A stretch of 64,000 nt of DNA from Monocercomonoides exilis PA203 (lineage: Eukaryota > Protista > Preaxostyla): positions 806,001 to 870,000 of the forward strand of contig LSRY02000031.1 of assembly GCA_001643675.2 (NCBI GenBank), read 5' to 3'. How positions within the stretch are numbered: position 1 is the stretch's first letter; each line of letters starts with the position of its first letter. The notes below the pieces were generated by a model that saw only the letters and a list, made by a program, of their open reading frames with translations, did not search any database and was not told the DNA's origin. A program made the translations under genes and the position numbers. Below, in pieces: positions 48,301 through 59,136 of the stretch.

Positions 48301-51300
48301 ATGGTTGTCAATAACAGCTGACACAAATACCGTCTCACTCCGAAATATCTTCACTCGCAATAAAAGGTCCTCTTCTCCTTCAAACGAGTCTGTTGTGCAT
48401 CCCCATATTGCCAGCTCCTTCACAAACGGAGCCCTGAAATCTAACAAGAATTGCTCGTCAGCTATTTGTGTGTCAATTGAGTGACATCTCACATATACAT
48501 CTCTCCCTTTCAATGCAGAGTTGTCTTTGAATGTGATATTTGACAACACAAAGTTCAGAGGCTGCTCAGCTGTCGAGGTGCATTCCAGAAATAACCAGCC
48601 ACCTCTTCCCACAGTCGAGCAAAAGCACTCAGAAATTGTGCAAAACGAGCAGTCAAAGCTTCCTCCCTCATTCAACACACAAAACGTCCCTCCTCCCTTT
48701 CCACACTTCAACCCTCCACATCTCTTCATCGTTGTGTTCTGAACAACCATTTTCAATGGTTCATCATTCACATTTCGAATGATCGAGATGTCATCTGTTG
48801 TGTTCTGAGTGACTTCTTCGAATATGCTCCACTCAATAACAACATTCTGCTCAGCTTCATTTTTCTCTCTGCTTTCTCTGCTTGAACTCTTTGATATGCT
48901 CAATCCACTTGCTCCTTTCAGCTCAACATTCTTCATCGTCAGGTTTTTGATTGTTGCACATGCCGATGATAGAACTGAAACAACGTCTTGTGAAAAGCAC
49001 AAAAACTGGACAGACACCAAGTCCAGTACAATTTTTCCTTCATCTACCTTGATCAGCCCAAAGTTTATCGTATCTTCTCCATCGTCTTCATTTTTTGCAA
49101 ACGAGCAGTCTTTCAGAGTCAGCAATCCTTCACTTGAGCCAATATACATTAAAACATTGGCTTCATTTGAGAATGAAGATGGAACAACAAAGTTAATCAG
49201 CTCGAACTTGGTGATTCCTCGGATCTTCATCACTGCTTCCTCAGCCCCTTCAATCGAAGAAAGGCACTCCAAAGAGCACTCTCCTGTATCTTCAGATTTT
49301 ATCGAGATTCCATTGAGATCAACACTCTTCTGAAGAACAGCCTTCTCAATGACGCTGATCATTCTTTCGTTTCCTTTGGACAACCTGTCCAACGAATGAT
49401 CGATTGAAAGGCAGGGATAATCTGAAAGCCCACATATGCACACATCTATTCCTTCTCGCCCAACAAATATCGTTGAATCAAATCCTCGCCAGAAATACAC
49501 AAGTGGAATTGCATTTTCTTTATCATTCCCATCAAATCCTCTCAATGAATCTAAGGAAATATCATTCATATTCTCAGACACAAACGGAAGAGATGCATTT
49601 GTGATGCTCTTTGTCAAGTCGGATGATTCAACAAACAGGTCTTTTCCATATCTTGCAACATTTGGCTTGCTCGAATCAAAAATTGGGCATGAAATCGCAA
49701 ACGAAGGATCGCCATCATTCAACTCCAGGGCCATTCCTCCTCCAAAGCCATTCTTGTTTTCTCCAGCTGGTGCTACACATCCTGTGAATGAACAAGAATT
49801 AATATTCACTTGAGTATTCTTTTTCATCTGCACAAAAACAGCACCTCCCCTGCTTCCATCAGCCAACACTGAGCACTCATCAAAATCACACTCTTCAATA
49901 TTTATTTGTGTGTTTTCGTTTTCATTATTGCTGTTGTCAACACTAATACTTCCTCCATTTCCAGTTGATCGAACAAATGATGTTGCCTTACACTTCGTCA
50001 GGTTCAAACACTTTGCATTTCTGCTTTCAACCAAACATCCATTCTGCTCCCCGCTTCCTGAGAAATTGCTTTCCACAATTTCAACTGAAGAGAAACCTCC
50101 GCTTCTTCCTTCTGCAATGATTGCACTTGTCTGCCATCTGATTGCATTCCCAAACAGATTGTTCATCACAGCCTCACCTCCTTCCACTTTTACAAACGAA
50201 ACACTCAATTCATTTTCACATCCAACAATCCCACAATCCTGAATTGTCAGTTTATTAGAAACACAATGGAAAACACACTCGTATGTTCCTATCCTTTCTT
50301 CAAGAGAAAAAACCACTTCACTAAATGCGGTTTGAATGTGCGTCTCGAACAACCCTCTTTGAGCTCCCGCAATTCCTTCAGCAACTCCATAATTTGTGGC
50401 ATTTCCATCTCCAATCACACTCCACTCATCTGTTTCCATTTTCAACTCTTCTCCAAATGAAAACGGCGAAACCAGTTTGATCGACTTCTTTTTGTTTGAA
50501 AATCTAAACCCAACTGCTTTGGTGATTGTCTTGCACGGAATCTGAACATGCCCGCATCCACTGAAGTCATGTGTCTCTTGCCCGCCCACATGGCAAGGAG
50601 TGGTGAAGTTGTTCCACAGATACACAACAAGCGGAATTTCAAACTCTTCATTCGTTGTTGATCGCTCAAACCCATTCAACTTTTGGAAGTCATTCACATC
50701 AATATCGAAACAAAATGTCTCTGAGTTTGTCACAACACTCAAATCATCGGCTTCCATAAACACATCTTTTCCTTTCCTTCCCGAACATCCTTCAAATTGC
50801 ACCCTCTTCAAAACAAAATCTGATGCTCCATCATCCAGACACATATATATCCCTCCTCCCAATCCTATCCTCCCATCAACGTTTGATGATGCCTCACAAT
50901 GAGAAAAGCACACTTTTTTCTCTTCTTCATTTCCATTTTCATTGTTTGAAAGGGATTCTGTCACATTGCCAATGCTGAGAGATGATCCACTTTTCATTTG
51001 CACCCACAACCCTCCCCCACTCCCTCCATCACTTTTGCACAAGCTCATGCTTCCTTCTTCAAACACAAAAGAACAACCACTCTCAAGTGTGCATTCAAAA
51101 GCTCCTCCGTTTTTGTCTTTGACTGCAAAGTTTGAAATGTCTGTTCGAATGATTTCAATTTTCTTGGCACTTGTGGAAGAGATCAAACGTGATGATGCTA
51201 TTCTTTCAGGTGGAGCAATTGATGAAACAACACAATCACCCATTTGAAGAGAAGCCTTGCTCTTCACTTCAAACAATCCCGATGAACATCTGGTTTCAAT

Positions 51301-54300
51301 TTCATTCAGCCGAGCTCTTTTCAATTTCGCTTCTGTGTTGCCTCCAGATACCGAGATCAATGGGCTTCCTCCAAAAACAACTGATGAAGCCAAGAATGTG
51401 TCAATCGTTAAGATCCCAGATTCTTCAGACAAGAATGTCAATTCCAATTCTAATGAAGGATCTTGAAGAGAAAGAGAACACTGAGAAAGCTTCAGCGAAG
51501 AAGAAGACGAAATGAAAGTTGAGTGAAGAGGAAGGGACGATGGGAGAGAGAAGATAAGAATCGATAAGGTTGTTTCAACACTTGTTGTTATCATTGCTGA
51601 GTTTAACGATGAACTTGAATCAGAGACTGTCCAACCACTCTGTTCATCATTTCCTCTGATTTCATGCTTCTGTTCAGCAAATGACAATTCATCGCTTATC
51701 TGAATCATTCCATTCACAACAACTTTCTTTGTTCCTGATAACCTTGAAAGAGAATGCTTCAAGGTCAAACAAGGAAACTGGACAATTCCACAGTGAGAAT
51801 GGTTTGATGCCTCGGAATTGCTCACATATATTTCTGTTGGATTGGGAAGGAGATAGATGCACAGAGGAATGGCCAGGTTGGTATTTCCGTTGTCATATCC
51901 TCTCACTTTATCAAATGAATCCAACGATGCATTAACTGATGATATTTTTCTGAATTGCGCAACTGTTTCCAGATGTGGTGAAATGACGAAAATATCTTTC
52001 CCCCACTTAGCTGTGTTAGTGTCAAATGATGATGTTATCAAGAACTCAGGAAATTCAGAAGTTAGCTGAAGAAGAATTGCTCCACCAAGTCCATCTGTTG
52101 TTGAACAAAAGCAGCCATCAAAATTACCACCTTTCACTTTCACTTCATTCGCTTCTCCAACGTTCAGCATTGCTGATCCTCCGTTGGCTGATGTTGTGCT
52201 TCCGCATCCATCAAATATGCTCGAATTCAAATCAATGTTTGCCTTTTCATCGGAAAATGTCACAACAGATGCTCCGCTTGTTGTTCTTTCTATTTCATTA
52301 AAAGTTGATTCTGAAAGTATCAATGAAATTTCATTCGTCGAAGAAAGCGAAAACAATGAAGTTGTGGAAATCGTCTTTGCCCAGTTCAGATTTTCCATCT
52401 GTAGCACACCACTCTGAACATTGATCAGCTCTGTGAAAAATGCTGTCTCTGTTGATTGTGTGCTTCCCGTGGATATGTTCAATCTGCTAATATGTATTTC
52501 TCCTGCACCTGTTATCTCAAACAGCCTTGACCCACGATTATTTGAGTATGTTGGATCATGCACAAGAACAAGGTTCCTCACTGTGAATGTGCCTGTTGAG
52601 GTTGAAAAAAGAGACAAGCCAGGTGTCTCTAATTCTGTCTGCACCGTTGTGCTTAAATCATCTTTTCCATATATTGTGAAAGAATTTGCATCACAATCAA
52701 TATTTTTTGTTTCTGTTATCGTTCCTGTGAGAATCTCAATATCCTTCACAAAGTCTGGAATTAGTTGAGTGAGACAATGGCTGATTGTTCTGCATGGATA
52801 GCTTTCATTCAGCCCGCATGCATATGTATCAATGGAATTTGGTTCTGTTTCAGTTGAAGAAACATATCTCACTCTTCCACCTTCATTTCGAAGCCATTCA
52901 CTTTTGTCAATGATTGAATTGTAATTTGTGCTAACTCTATTTCCTGTTTGTCTTGTTGTGCAACAGCTTGAATGAATATTGTTAGCTGTTGAATTTTGAA
53001 GAAGAATATCATGTCCTCCTTTCACGCATGAATTATTGTGAAAAAAGCAATGATAAAGAAATGTTCCATAATTGTTATTGTTAATTAATATTCCTAACGC
53101 CCCTCCTCCACACATTGAATTGCAATTGCAGAATAGACAATTGGAGATTATTGCTTGATCAGAGCAGTACCAATGTTCAATTGCTCCTCCAATTCCATTT
53201 AAAGATCCATTGGATTTACAGTTATCAAAAAATGAATTTGTAATGCAGTTCTTTTGCTTTTCTGTCAATGATTCACGCAGATCAATTGCCCCTCCGTCGT
53301 TTCCAGACGAACAGTTGAAAAATGAACAATCATCCACAATTGGCTGGATGCAAATATTTGCGATCGATATCCCCCCACCTCCATTGTCCACATTTGTTGA
53401 AGTGCACGAACATTGAACAAATTTTGAATGAAGCACAGAACATTCAGCTACTTCCAAGGCAAAAATTCCGCCTCCAATTGTGGAAAAAGCAATGCATTTC
53501 ACAAACGACGAATTTTCAATTGTTAAAATTGCATTTTCATTGTCATGAACATAAAGAGCACCTCCTTGTTCAGCTGTGCAATCTTTCCATTCACACAATA
53601 AAAAGGATTGACTTTCTGTTGTGTCCATTTGTTCTCCTGGTTGAAAAACATTTCTTTCCCTTTTCCCATTGTTTGTTGAGGTGTTTCTGCAGACAAATTC
53701 GTGTGAAGAATAAGATCCGCTCGAAATCCCTCCTTCAAATACATTCACACACGAAAAAATGAGGCTGTTCTCCATTAAACTTCGAAAACATGAATGCTCC
53801 ATTCGATCATCAATGTTCTTGAATGGCTTCACAGATATATTTCTGAAGGCGCAGTTAGAAATCTCTTCACTTTTGCTCTTTCCAGATAGCAGAAAATAAT
53901 CTGAAGAAGAAACGATCAGGTCTGAGAGCATGGATTTTCTTAAAATGGCAGAATTTGAATCATCAGATGAAAATATGAGGCTTGAAGGGCAATGATTCTT
54001 TTGGATGATCAAACTTAAGTTTGTGAAACAGACTGACCCACTTTGAAGATGAAACGGTGAAACAAAATTTTGGTGTAAAATGCAGGAATCCAGTATAATC
54101 CTTGACTTTTCTGTTATCAGCAAAAATTGTGAGGAAGAATGTTCAATTGCCAAATTCTTGAGTCCAACTGTCGAATTGAAGAATTCCAAAAATGTGTTTT
54201 TCACAATAGAAAGTCCTGACTGTAATCTTTTCACTTCCAGCAATGCACTCTGCTCAAATAAGTAATTGTTATCATTCTCTGATAGATATTGTGCATCGTT

Positions 54301-54447
54301 TGAACAACCTGAACCCGAATAAAGAAAAAGATTGAAAAAATAACAATTCGAATGAATACCTTTGTTTTGAAATGTGGCTGTTTCAGAAACATCTCGTGCT
54401 TCAAATGTCTTCACAAGAATCAAATGTGCTAAAAGGAACAAATGCAT
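45367..54447 (-). CDS. Giant receptor-like protein (3026 aa), paralogue of 20865..28712, with 5 ectodomain modules, TM and degenerate kinase domain
   Basis: Uninterrupted 9.1-kb ORF with a signal peptide and CG....(Y/F/I/A)PC module motifs x5. The cytoplasmic part is nearly identical to the 2615-aa paralogue. Confidence 0.88.
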   Translation of the reverse strand: MHLFLLAHLILVKTFEARDVSETATFQNKGIHSNCYFFNLFLYSGSGCSNDAQYLSENDNNYLFEQSALLEVKRLQSGLSIVKNTFLEFFNSTVGLKNLAIEHSSSQFLLITEKSRIILDSCILHQNFVSPFHLQSGSVCFTNLSLIIQKNHCPSSLIFSSDDSNSAILRKSMLSDLIVSSSDYFLLSGKSKSEEISNCAFRNISVKPFKNIDDRMEHSCFRSLMENSLIFSCVNVFEGGISSGSYSSHEFVCRNTSTNNGKRERNVFQPGEQMDTTESQSFLLCEWKDCTAEQGGALYVHDNENAILTIENSSFVKCIAFSTIGGGIFALEVAECSVLHSKFVQCSCTSTNVDNGGGGISIANICIQPIVDDCSFFNCSSGNDGGAIDLRESLTEKQKNCITNSFFDNCKSNGSLNGIGGAIEHWYCSDQAIISNCLFCNCNSMCGGGALGILINNNNYGTFLYHCFFHNNSCVKGGHDILLQNSTANNIHSSCCTTRQTGNRVSTNYNSIIDKSEWLRNEGGRVRYVSSTETEPNSIDTYACGLNESYPCRTISHCLTQLIPDFVKDIEILTGTITETKNIDCDANSFTIYGKDDLSTTVQTELETPGLSLFSTSTGTFTVRNLVLVHDPTYSNNRGSRLFEITGAGEIHISRLNISTGSTQSTETAFFTELINVQSGVLQMENLNWAKTISTTSLFSLSSTNEISLILSESTFNEIERTTSGASVVTFSDEKANIDLNSSIFDGCGSTTSANGGSAMLNVGEANEVKVKGGNFDGCFCSTTDGLGGAILLQLTSEFPEFLITSSFDTNTAKWGKDIFVISPHLETVAQFRKISSVNASLDSFDKVRGYDNGNTNLAIPLCIYLLPNPTEIYVSNSEASNHSHCGIVQFPCLTLKHSLSRLSGTKKVVVNGMIQISDELSFAEQKHEIRGNDEQSGWTVSDSSSSLNSAMITTSVETTLSILIFSLPSSLPLHSTFISSSSSLKLSQCSLSLQDPSLELELTFLSEESGILTIDTFLASSVVFGGSPLISVSGGNTEAKLKRARLNEIETRCSSGLFEVKSKASLQMGDCVVSSIAPPERIASSRLISSTSAKKIEIIRTDISNFAVKDKNGGAFECTLESGCSFVFEEGSMSLCKSDGGSGGGLWVQMKSGSSLSIGNVTESLSNNENGNEEEKKVCFSHCEASSNVDGRIGLGGGIYMCLDDGASDFVLKRVQFEGCSGRKGKDVFMEADDLSVVTNSETFCFDIDVNDFQKLNGFERSTTNEEFEIPLVVYLWNNFTTPCHVGGQETHDFSGCGHVQIPCKTITKAVGFRFSNKKKSIKLVSPFSFGEELKMETDEWSVIGDGNATNYGVAEGIAGAQRGLFETHIQTAFSEVVFSLEERIGTYECVFHCVSNKLTIQDCGIVGCENELSVSFVKVEGGEAVMNNLFGNAIRWQTSAIIAEGRSGGFSSVEIVESNFSGSGEQNGCLVESRNAKCLNLTKCKATSFVRSTGNGGSISVDNSNNENENTQINIEECDFDECSVLADGSRGGAVFVQMKKNTQVNINSCSFTGCVAPAGENKNGFGGGMALELNDGDPSFAISCPIFDSSKPNVARYGKDLFVESSDLTKSITNASLPFVSENMNDISLDSLRGFDGNDKENAIPLVYFWRGFDSTIFVGREGIDVCICGLSDYPCLSIDHSLDRLSKGNERMISVIEKAVLQKSVDLNGISIKSEDTGECSLECLSSIEGAEEAVMKIRGITKFELINFVVPSSFSNEANVLMYIGSSEGLLTLKDCSFAKNEDDGEDTINFGLIKVDEGKIVLDLVSVQFLCFSQDVVSVLSSACATIKNLTMKNVELKGASGLSISKSSSRESREKNEAEQNVVIEWSIFEEVTQNTTDDISIIRNVNDEPLKMVVQNTTMKRCGGLKCGKGGGTFCVLNEGGSFDCSFCTISECFCSTVGRGGWLFLECTSTAEQPLNFVLSNITFKDNSALKGRDVYVRCHSIDTQIADEQFLLDFRAPFVKELAIWGCTTDSFEGEEDLLLRVKIFRSETVFVSAVIDNHEDSRECGVFEAPCRSLSEGMHHIIPSLFSQLLILRQTEIVGKCAAHDVIIRSLEAPSTALVFLNSTIVDDNDDGSLIAASENVRIERLKFNFCQSFSYSGNSIIHEANGQLSLSFVDFSFVGESENIEAIVLNSTLLSIERGILHVDNCTITMLSFKKPSFLLGGNEININNVRLEKVEAISNVFDTGNCGRIVLNGIDADGVKLSEGCIISINSSTSGTLSVGSSSFNNCSRKSEGPSIFSAFATSTKIILSNCSCSNCYSQSDKGSFMDVNNATNVLMNLCEFEGTFLKGSEDDNMNSIKDICLWNGSLVHSENASLMMKDVSISNSSSGGLSVSSSNVTIEKGEFLHNNPFIDKYPSLRRNIICSDSGALNVMSLKGGDGVKDNSSLWILNEGCNFEGIISERSSPFFVPVLDGVEAKEVGEEMEIVFKGKELLPCDLSFMVVRQMGEEKQIEKYEFDESGYVSETEVEGRLPKEMITEAEEGVEVSVCIQFGDGNNPSSTDSFILKNKSESKTNGEGKLAEGGKEGKSYLLLIVIIMGFVLLIILIVAVIFIVRWRKAKNENKDLREIVNDNIRKDPKAFEMVTMEMSPEEQWRRAEREAEKKNEERMKKRVYEKSLGHSESSEHLLSESGLTEYILGRDSDKIPDWALEKVEEEEIRKRSPSPSISSTSTTDTTDSDSTFVRGEDLCPTTSSMSNLVDAMACSSPHEKLIVDLRDSLFMLLHGRNEKKEMAIGSLKEREQTTAQVLFWVANGALHSFDEMENPLQSLANLSPHIVLFSEHMVICIVMHSDLLSDDDSDSSSISSSTVVTSASDDDGDDDDDSLPSSAFEEDEDAFRKECLRWKAPELQMNKKMGATKESVVFSIGMMVWECLTLEIPFGEYEGVVAGQKIVNGERPNVEKMGGSSLRELEEKCVVQGWDERVTLGNVKRELFMKMPMGSMFVTASDALDIGDGSRCEEADSEDTDGSFSRME

Positions 54448-54549
54448 CCTCGTATGGAATGAAAATCAATTTTGATTAATAACTTTTATTCTTTTCCGGA
54501 TGATCAAAATGACCCTTAATAATTGTTTAAAAAGCAATTTGAAAAAGAA

Positions 54550-55960
54550 ATAAAATCCTTCTTTCTGCAATCATTTTGAGAGCGTTTGGAAAACATCTGA
54601 GGCGCGTCCAAAGCAATGCAATTTCTTCAGTTCTTGCAGGGTATGAATCGGTATTTGCTGATGAAGGTGAAAATTTTTCATCAGGAAATAAAAATAATGA
54701 TTAAAAGAAAATTAATTTTAGGAAAAAACTTAATAAAAAATAAAATAAATACCTTTTCAAAAAGAAACTGTTATCCAATAAAATCACAAAAAGTTGAAAA
54801 CGCTGTATCTATTCAAACGATCTCGCAATCACCCTTTGCAATGTGTTGTTTCGAATAATCAAATGTCTCCTCTCGCAATGTAATTAATTAGCGATTCCTT
54901 CTTCACCAATTGTTCATCTCTTCGTTGAAAATATAAGGTGACCATCTTTCTTGTTCTTTCGATTTTTGCTGTTGCAAGTGTTCATCCACCCTCTCTTTCT
55001 TCTTCCTCTTCCCTCTTCTTCTCATCTTCTCTTCATTTTCTCTTTCTCCTTTGACAGATTTCTAATCTTTTCCTCAATCCTATTCCACAATTTCATTTCC
55101 TTTTCTTCTCTCTCTCGTTTCCCTTTACTTTTTTCTTCTTCGTTTTTCCTCTTCACTCTTCCTTTCACATGCTCCTCTGTTTCATCTTTTCACTCAGCTT
55201 CTCTATCTTCTTCCTTCCAAGCATATGAATGAGTTCCTCTCCTTTTTTCGTCCCCCGCTTTCTTGCTCCTTCTCATTTTTGCATATTTATCCAATTGATT
55301 CAAACAGCCAATGTTTGTTATTCAAAAATACTCATCTGCTTTTTTTTCAGAGAAAAGATGCCTTTCAAGAAATCCTTTGTTCCAATTGAGAGAACATGCA
55401 ATGTGAACCTTCTCTTCTCATATTCTTTAAAAAAAAGAAAAGAAGAAATTCCAAAAAATTAAAAAAACCAAATAAAAGAATTTCATATGTTGTAATTAAA
55501 ACTCAAAAATACATTTTCCAAAATAAATGAAAAATAAAAATAATTTCAATCGTTTCTCATTTCTCACATTTCTTCAATTTTTCATCATTCAAATAAATCG
55601 ATTTTAATACGTTAATAAGCACAAACACAATTAGCCCTTCTTTGCCAGCTTAATATTTTCATTGAAAAATGCAAATAACCCCATCCGCCTCTTCTTCCTT
55701 CACAATCTTTTGTTCTTCTCTTTCAGTTCTGCATTGCCCCTGCTTCCATCCTTTCCCTTTCTTTTCCACCTTTTTCTTTGAATTTTTCTTCTTCTTCATT
55801 TTCTTCACTTCCTTTCAATCTCCCTTTTAATGTCATCTTTTCTTCCCAAGCTTTTCCCATCATTACAAATTCTTGCCAAAGCCAGCGCTTTTCTGACAAA
55901 AGTGTGTGTATTTCAAAAATAATTGGTGTATCTTCAAAATATCTCGTGCTAAATTATCTA
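54550..55960 (-). pseudogene. Probable decayed E/K/R-rich (coiled-coil) gene remnant
   Basis: Purine-rich codon-like blocks on the minus strand (54950-55250, 55690-55850) are separated by intron-like AT tracts and broken by stops. No family recognised. Confidence 0.3.
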
Positions 55961-57257
55961 AAAAGATGATGGAGAATTGTGAAAGCAAATTGAATAGAAT
56001 TTACGAACAAATGACTTAAACCTCGTAATGAATGTTATGTGGTCGATGTTCAAGTGATGTTCAAAATATTGCTTTTCAATGTTAAAAAGCAATCAATGCA
56101 CTTTCGACAAATCTGATAAAGTTGCAATGGAAATGGAAACGCATTCAAAGAAGAATGCAAATCGGAACGGAATTGAATGTGGATTTGGAAAATTGACGAA
56201 ATCAATGAAATCTTTTTGGCTTCACTTGGAAAGGTAAATATGACATATTGACTATTGAAGATAATGTTGGCAAAAAATGATGGAGTACTCAAAGGCATAT
56301 TCTGTTTGTGAGTAAGGTGTTTGTGGTGCTTTGTCAAAGGAATCAACATCTGCTTCGCTGTTGACAGCAGTTTTGCTCTTACTGTTCAAAAAACGGATGT
56401 TAGCGGACTCTTCTTTTATGTGTTGCCTTTCTTCAGAATTTTTTGTTTGATCTGGCTGTTGAACTGCACTGGAAAAATGAGGATTTGACAATTCTCCTTC
56501 AGTTGAACAAGCCTTCACTTTCAATTCTTTTGTTCCTGCTTCTTCATCGCAAAATAGAATGGAGTAGTTCTTGCCTTTTCTTTTTCGATGCTGCCTCACA
56601 ATAAGGTTTTATTTAAATTTTTCAGTTATCAAAACATTTGTTATGGTTGAAAAAAAATTGAATGCAATTCAAATATCTCAGCTAAATATCAATTTAATGA
56701 GTAATTTTTTTTTCCTTTCTTTCCTTTTTTTTTTTTTTTCTTTTTCTTTTTCTTTTTTTTTTTTTTGGAAGTTTTCAGTATGTTCGTTTTCTCTCAAAAG
56801 AAACAAGCTCCTCTTCCATTCTTATCAGTTTTTCAAGCGAGCAAATGTTATTAAAAAATTCGCAATAGATTTATAAAATATAACACAACAGAAAACAAAA
56901 CAGAAAATCATCCAATAAAACTTCACAAAAAAATTAAAAAAATCAAAAATAAAAAAAAAATAAAATCGCAAGCATTTTATTTATCGAGAAATCATTTAAT
57001 TATTTATCCTTCTCTATTATTGAAAGAGAAAGAAGTGAAACAATTATTTTCTCTTTCAATCAAATCAAAACAAATCAATCTGAACTTTTACAAAACAAAA
57101 TTTAATAAAATTATATTTAAGCCAATATAAGAAAGCAATCATTCAGTAATAAATAGTAAAAACCACAATGTTTGAATGCTTTCCATCCAGGAAAAAGAAA
57201 AAAAAAATCAATTTATCAAAATTTCGAATCTTTCATGATTTATTCTCAGATGTCGAA

Positions 57258-59136
57258 TCAGGCAGATTGAGCTGGCTGATCCTTCATTTTCATCCGGCAA
57301 ATTGGGCACTCTCCAACAGTCTCTTCCCAGTCACTCCCGCAGTTGCGATGGAACGAGTGTCCACATTTGTATATTTGTACTGAGTTTTTGTCCTGTCCTT
57401 TGTGGAAAATTCCACACACCTCCGGCACAGCCACATCATATGGCAGTGTTGGATGCTTCACAACTCTCCCACTGGGCAATGCCTCGATCTGCAGCAAAAG
57501 AAACTTTGCTGTTCCGGCTTCCTTCTCGTCGTGTGTCGTCTACTTTTCATTCCCCGCCTTCTTCCATGACATTTGCATCCTTGTCCCATCCTCTTTCACA
57601 GATGAAATCCGCCATCTGCAATCATAGAATCCCGGCTTCAGAGGCACAATCTGTTCCAGACAGCAAGGGCAGAACGGTTTTCTCCCCTGCAAATCAAATT
57701 TCTTCATTCCCCATTGGCAAATTACCTGCTTCTTGAATGCAGGACATCCCTCGTTCTCGCATATTCCTTCGATGTTGATACCACTTCCCACAACACGCCA
57801 CGGTGGAGCTGTGTTGCTGAACGACATATCCACCAACGCATCCGTGTTCGTCACATCCACAAATGCATGCGACGGACAGCTCCCTCCTCCGCGTAACCTC
57901 AAAACAAGATTGATAGTAGCTTCTTTTTGAATTTTATAGTCCTTCAAAGTACGAGCATTTTCCAACTGCCTTCCAAAAAATATCATCCTCTGTTCAGATG
58001 AAAATGTGTTGTAACGATTGTATATTCTTTCTTCCAACTCCTCAATGGTCATCTCAGAATTAACATCGATTAGACGTGTTTTTCCTGAAAGTTTTTTGAT
58101 GAAAATTCCAAACATTCCTTCTCTTTCTTCATGTGCACAAAGCCTATATTTATCTTTAAAGCTGAATGAAGAAATCTTCCTGTCATCATCCATTATCCTT
58201 CCTCTCCCAATGAGCGTCATATTATCTGCACAAATTCCCACTTCCGGTTCCAATATCTTCTTCAACTCTTCCACGAGCATCTCCTTTTCTGCTTCAGTGA
58301 ACAGTTTATTTCCTTTGCCATAATCTATTTGCAGCGTAAGCGTTTGAGATCCATTTTGCTCAGCAGCCTCTGATCCAACATTTGATGGGTTTGAGTTAGA
58401 GGATGGAGTGGATGAGGAAGGCGTCTATGAAGAAGCCTGCTCTTGCAAACAATTCGCTGTAACCAACTGATAAATACAGCAGGACAACCCACATTGCCCG
58501 CAGTACGTTAGCTTAGATACATATTTTTCTTCTGAACTTTCCCAAAGTTTGAAACGCCCTCTTTTCCATGTTCCGGAATACTTCGTGCCCGTTTCCGAAA
58601 CAATAGAAATCCATCCAACAGGAATATGTAAGTTCCCAAACACCATCGCAACGAACTCGTTTATCTCTGTATCTGGCCTCACATTTTCCACCGCAACCAC
58701 TTTTCCTTTCATTTCGTTGTTGCAAACAGTCACGCGAACAGCAAACGGTTTTGAGCTGCGCGGCTCTGGCGAAATATTTTCTTCAACTCTTGGCAATAGC
58801 TCTTCATTTTCAGTGGCTGTGGCCTCCGCTCCAGCTGAAGATCTTCGCTTCACTAAATAAATTGTTTCTCCAGTATTCTGTTAATAAGATAAAGAATGAC
58901 AAGAAAGAGAAGTTGAAAACAAAAGAAATGGGCCACACTTCAAGAACATCTCGCACTGTTGCATCGTCAGATACAATCTTTTGCATTTGAGTGAAATACA
59001 AATCACGCGCATCAACATCGTATTTGTTCGCAAGCCCTCGCAAAACTCCCTTCATCCAATCATCATTATTCAGATTTAATGAAATGTTCCCCTCCTTGAA
59101 TGTGCAAAATTTCACTGTTTGCGTGTTCGTTGACAT
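57258..59136 (-). pseudogene. Multi-ubiquitin-like / Cys-rich / RING-H2-like protein, interrupted by two in-frame TAG codons
   Basis: ATG at 59136 and a predicted intron at ~58879-58938. Several Ubl-like segments, the best ending LVLRLRGG. Cys-rich domain [28 protein letters not shown]-terminal CGHSFH..C...W.....CPICR. In-frame TAGs at 58425-58427 and 57540-57542. Confidence 0.75.

Noticed and set aside
56030-56330. DnaJ-like zinc-finger fragment (SCNGNGNAFKEECK) on the + strand
   Set aside because: A single partial motif amid stop codons is insufficient support.
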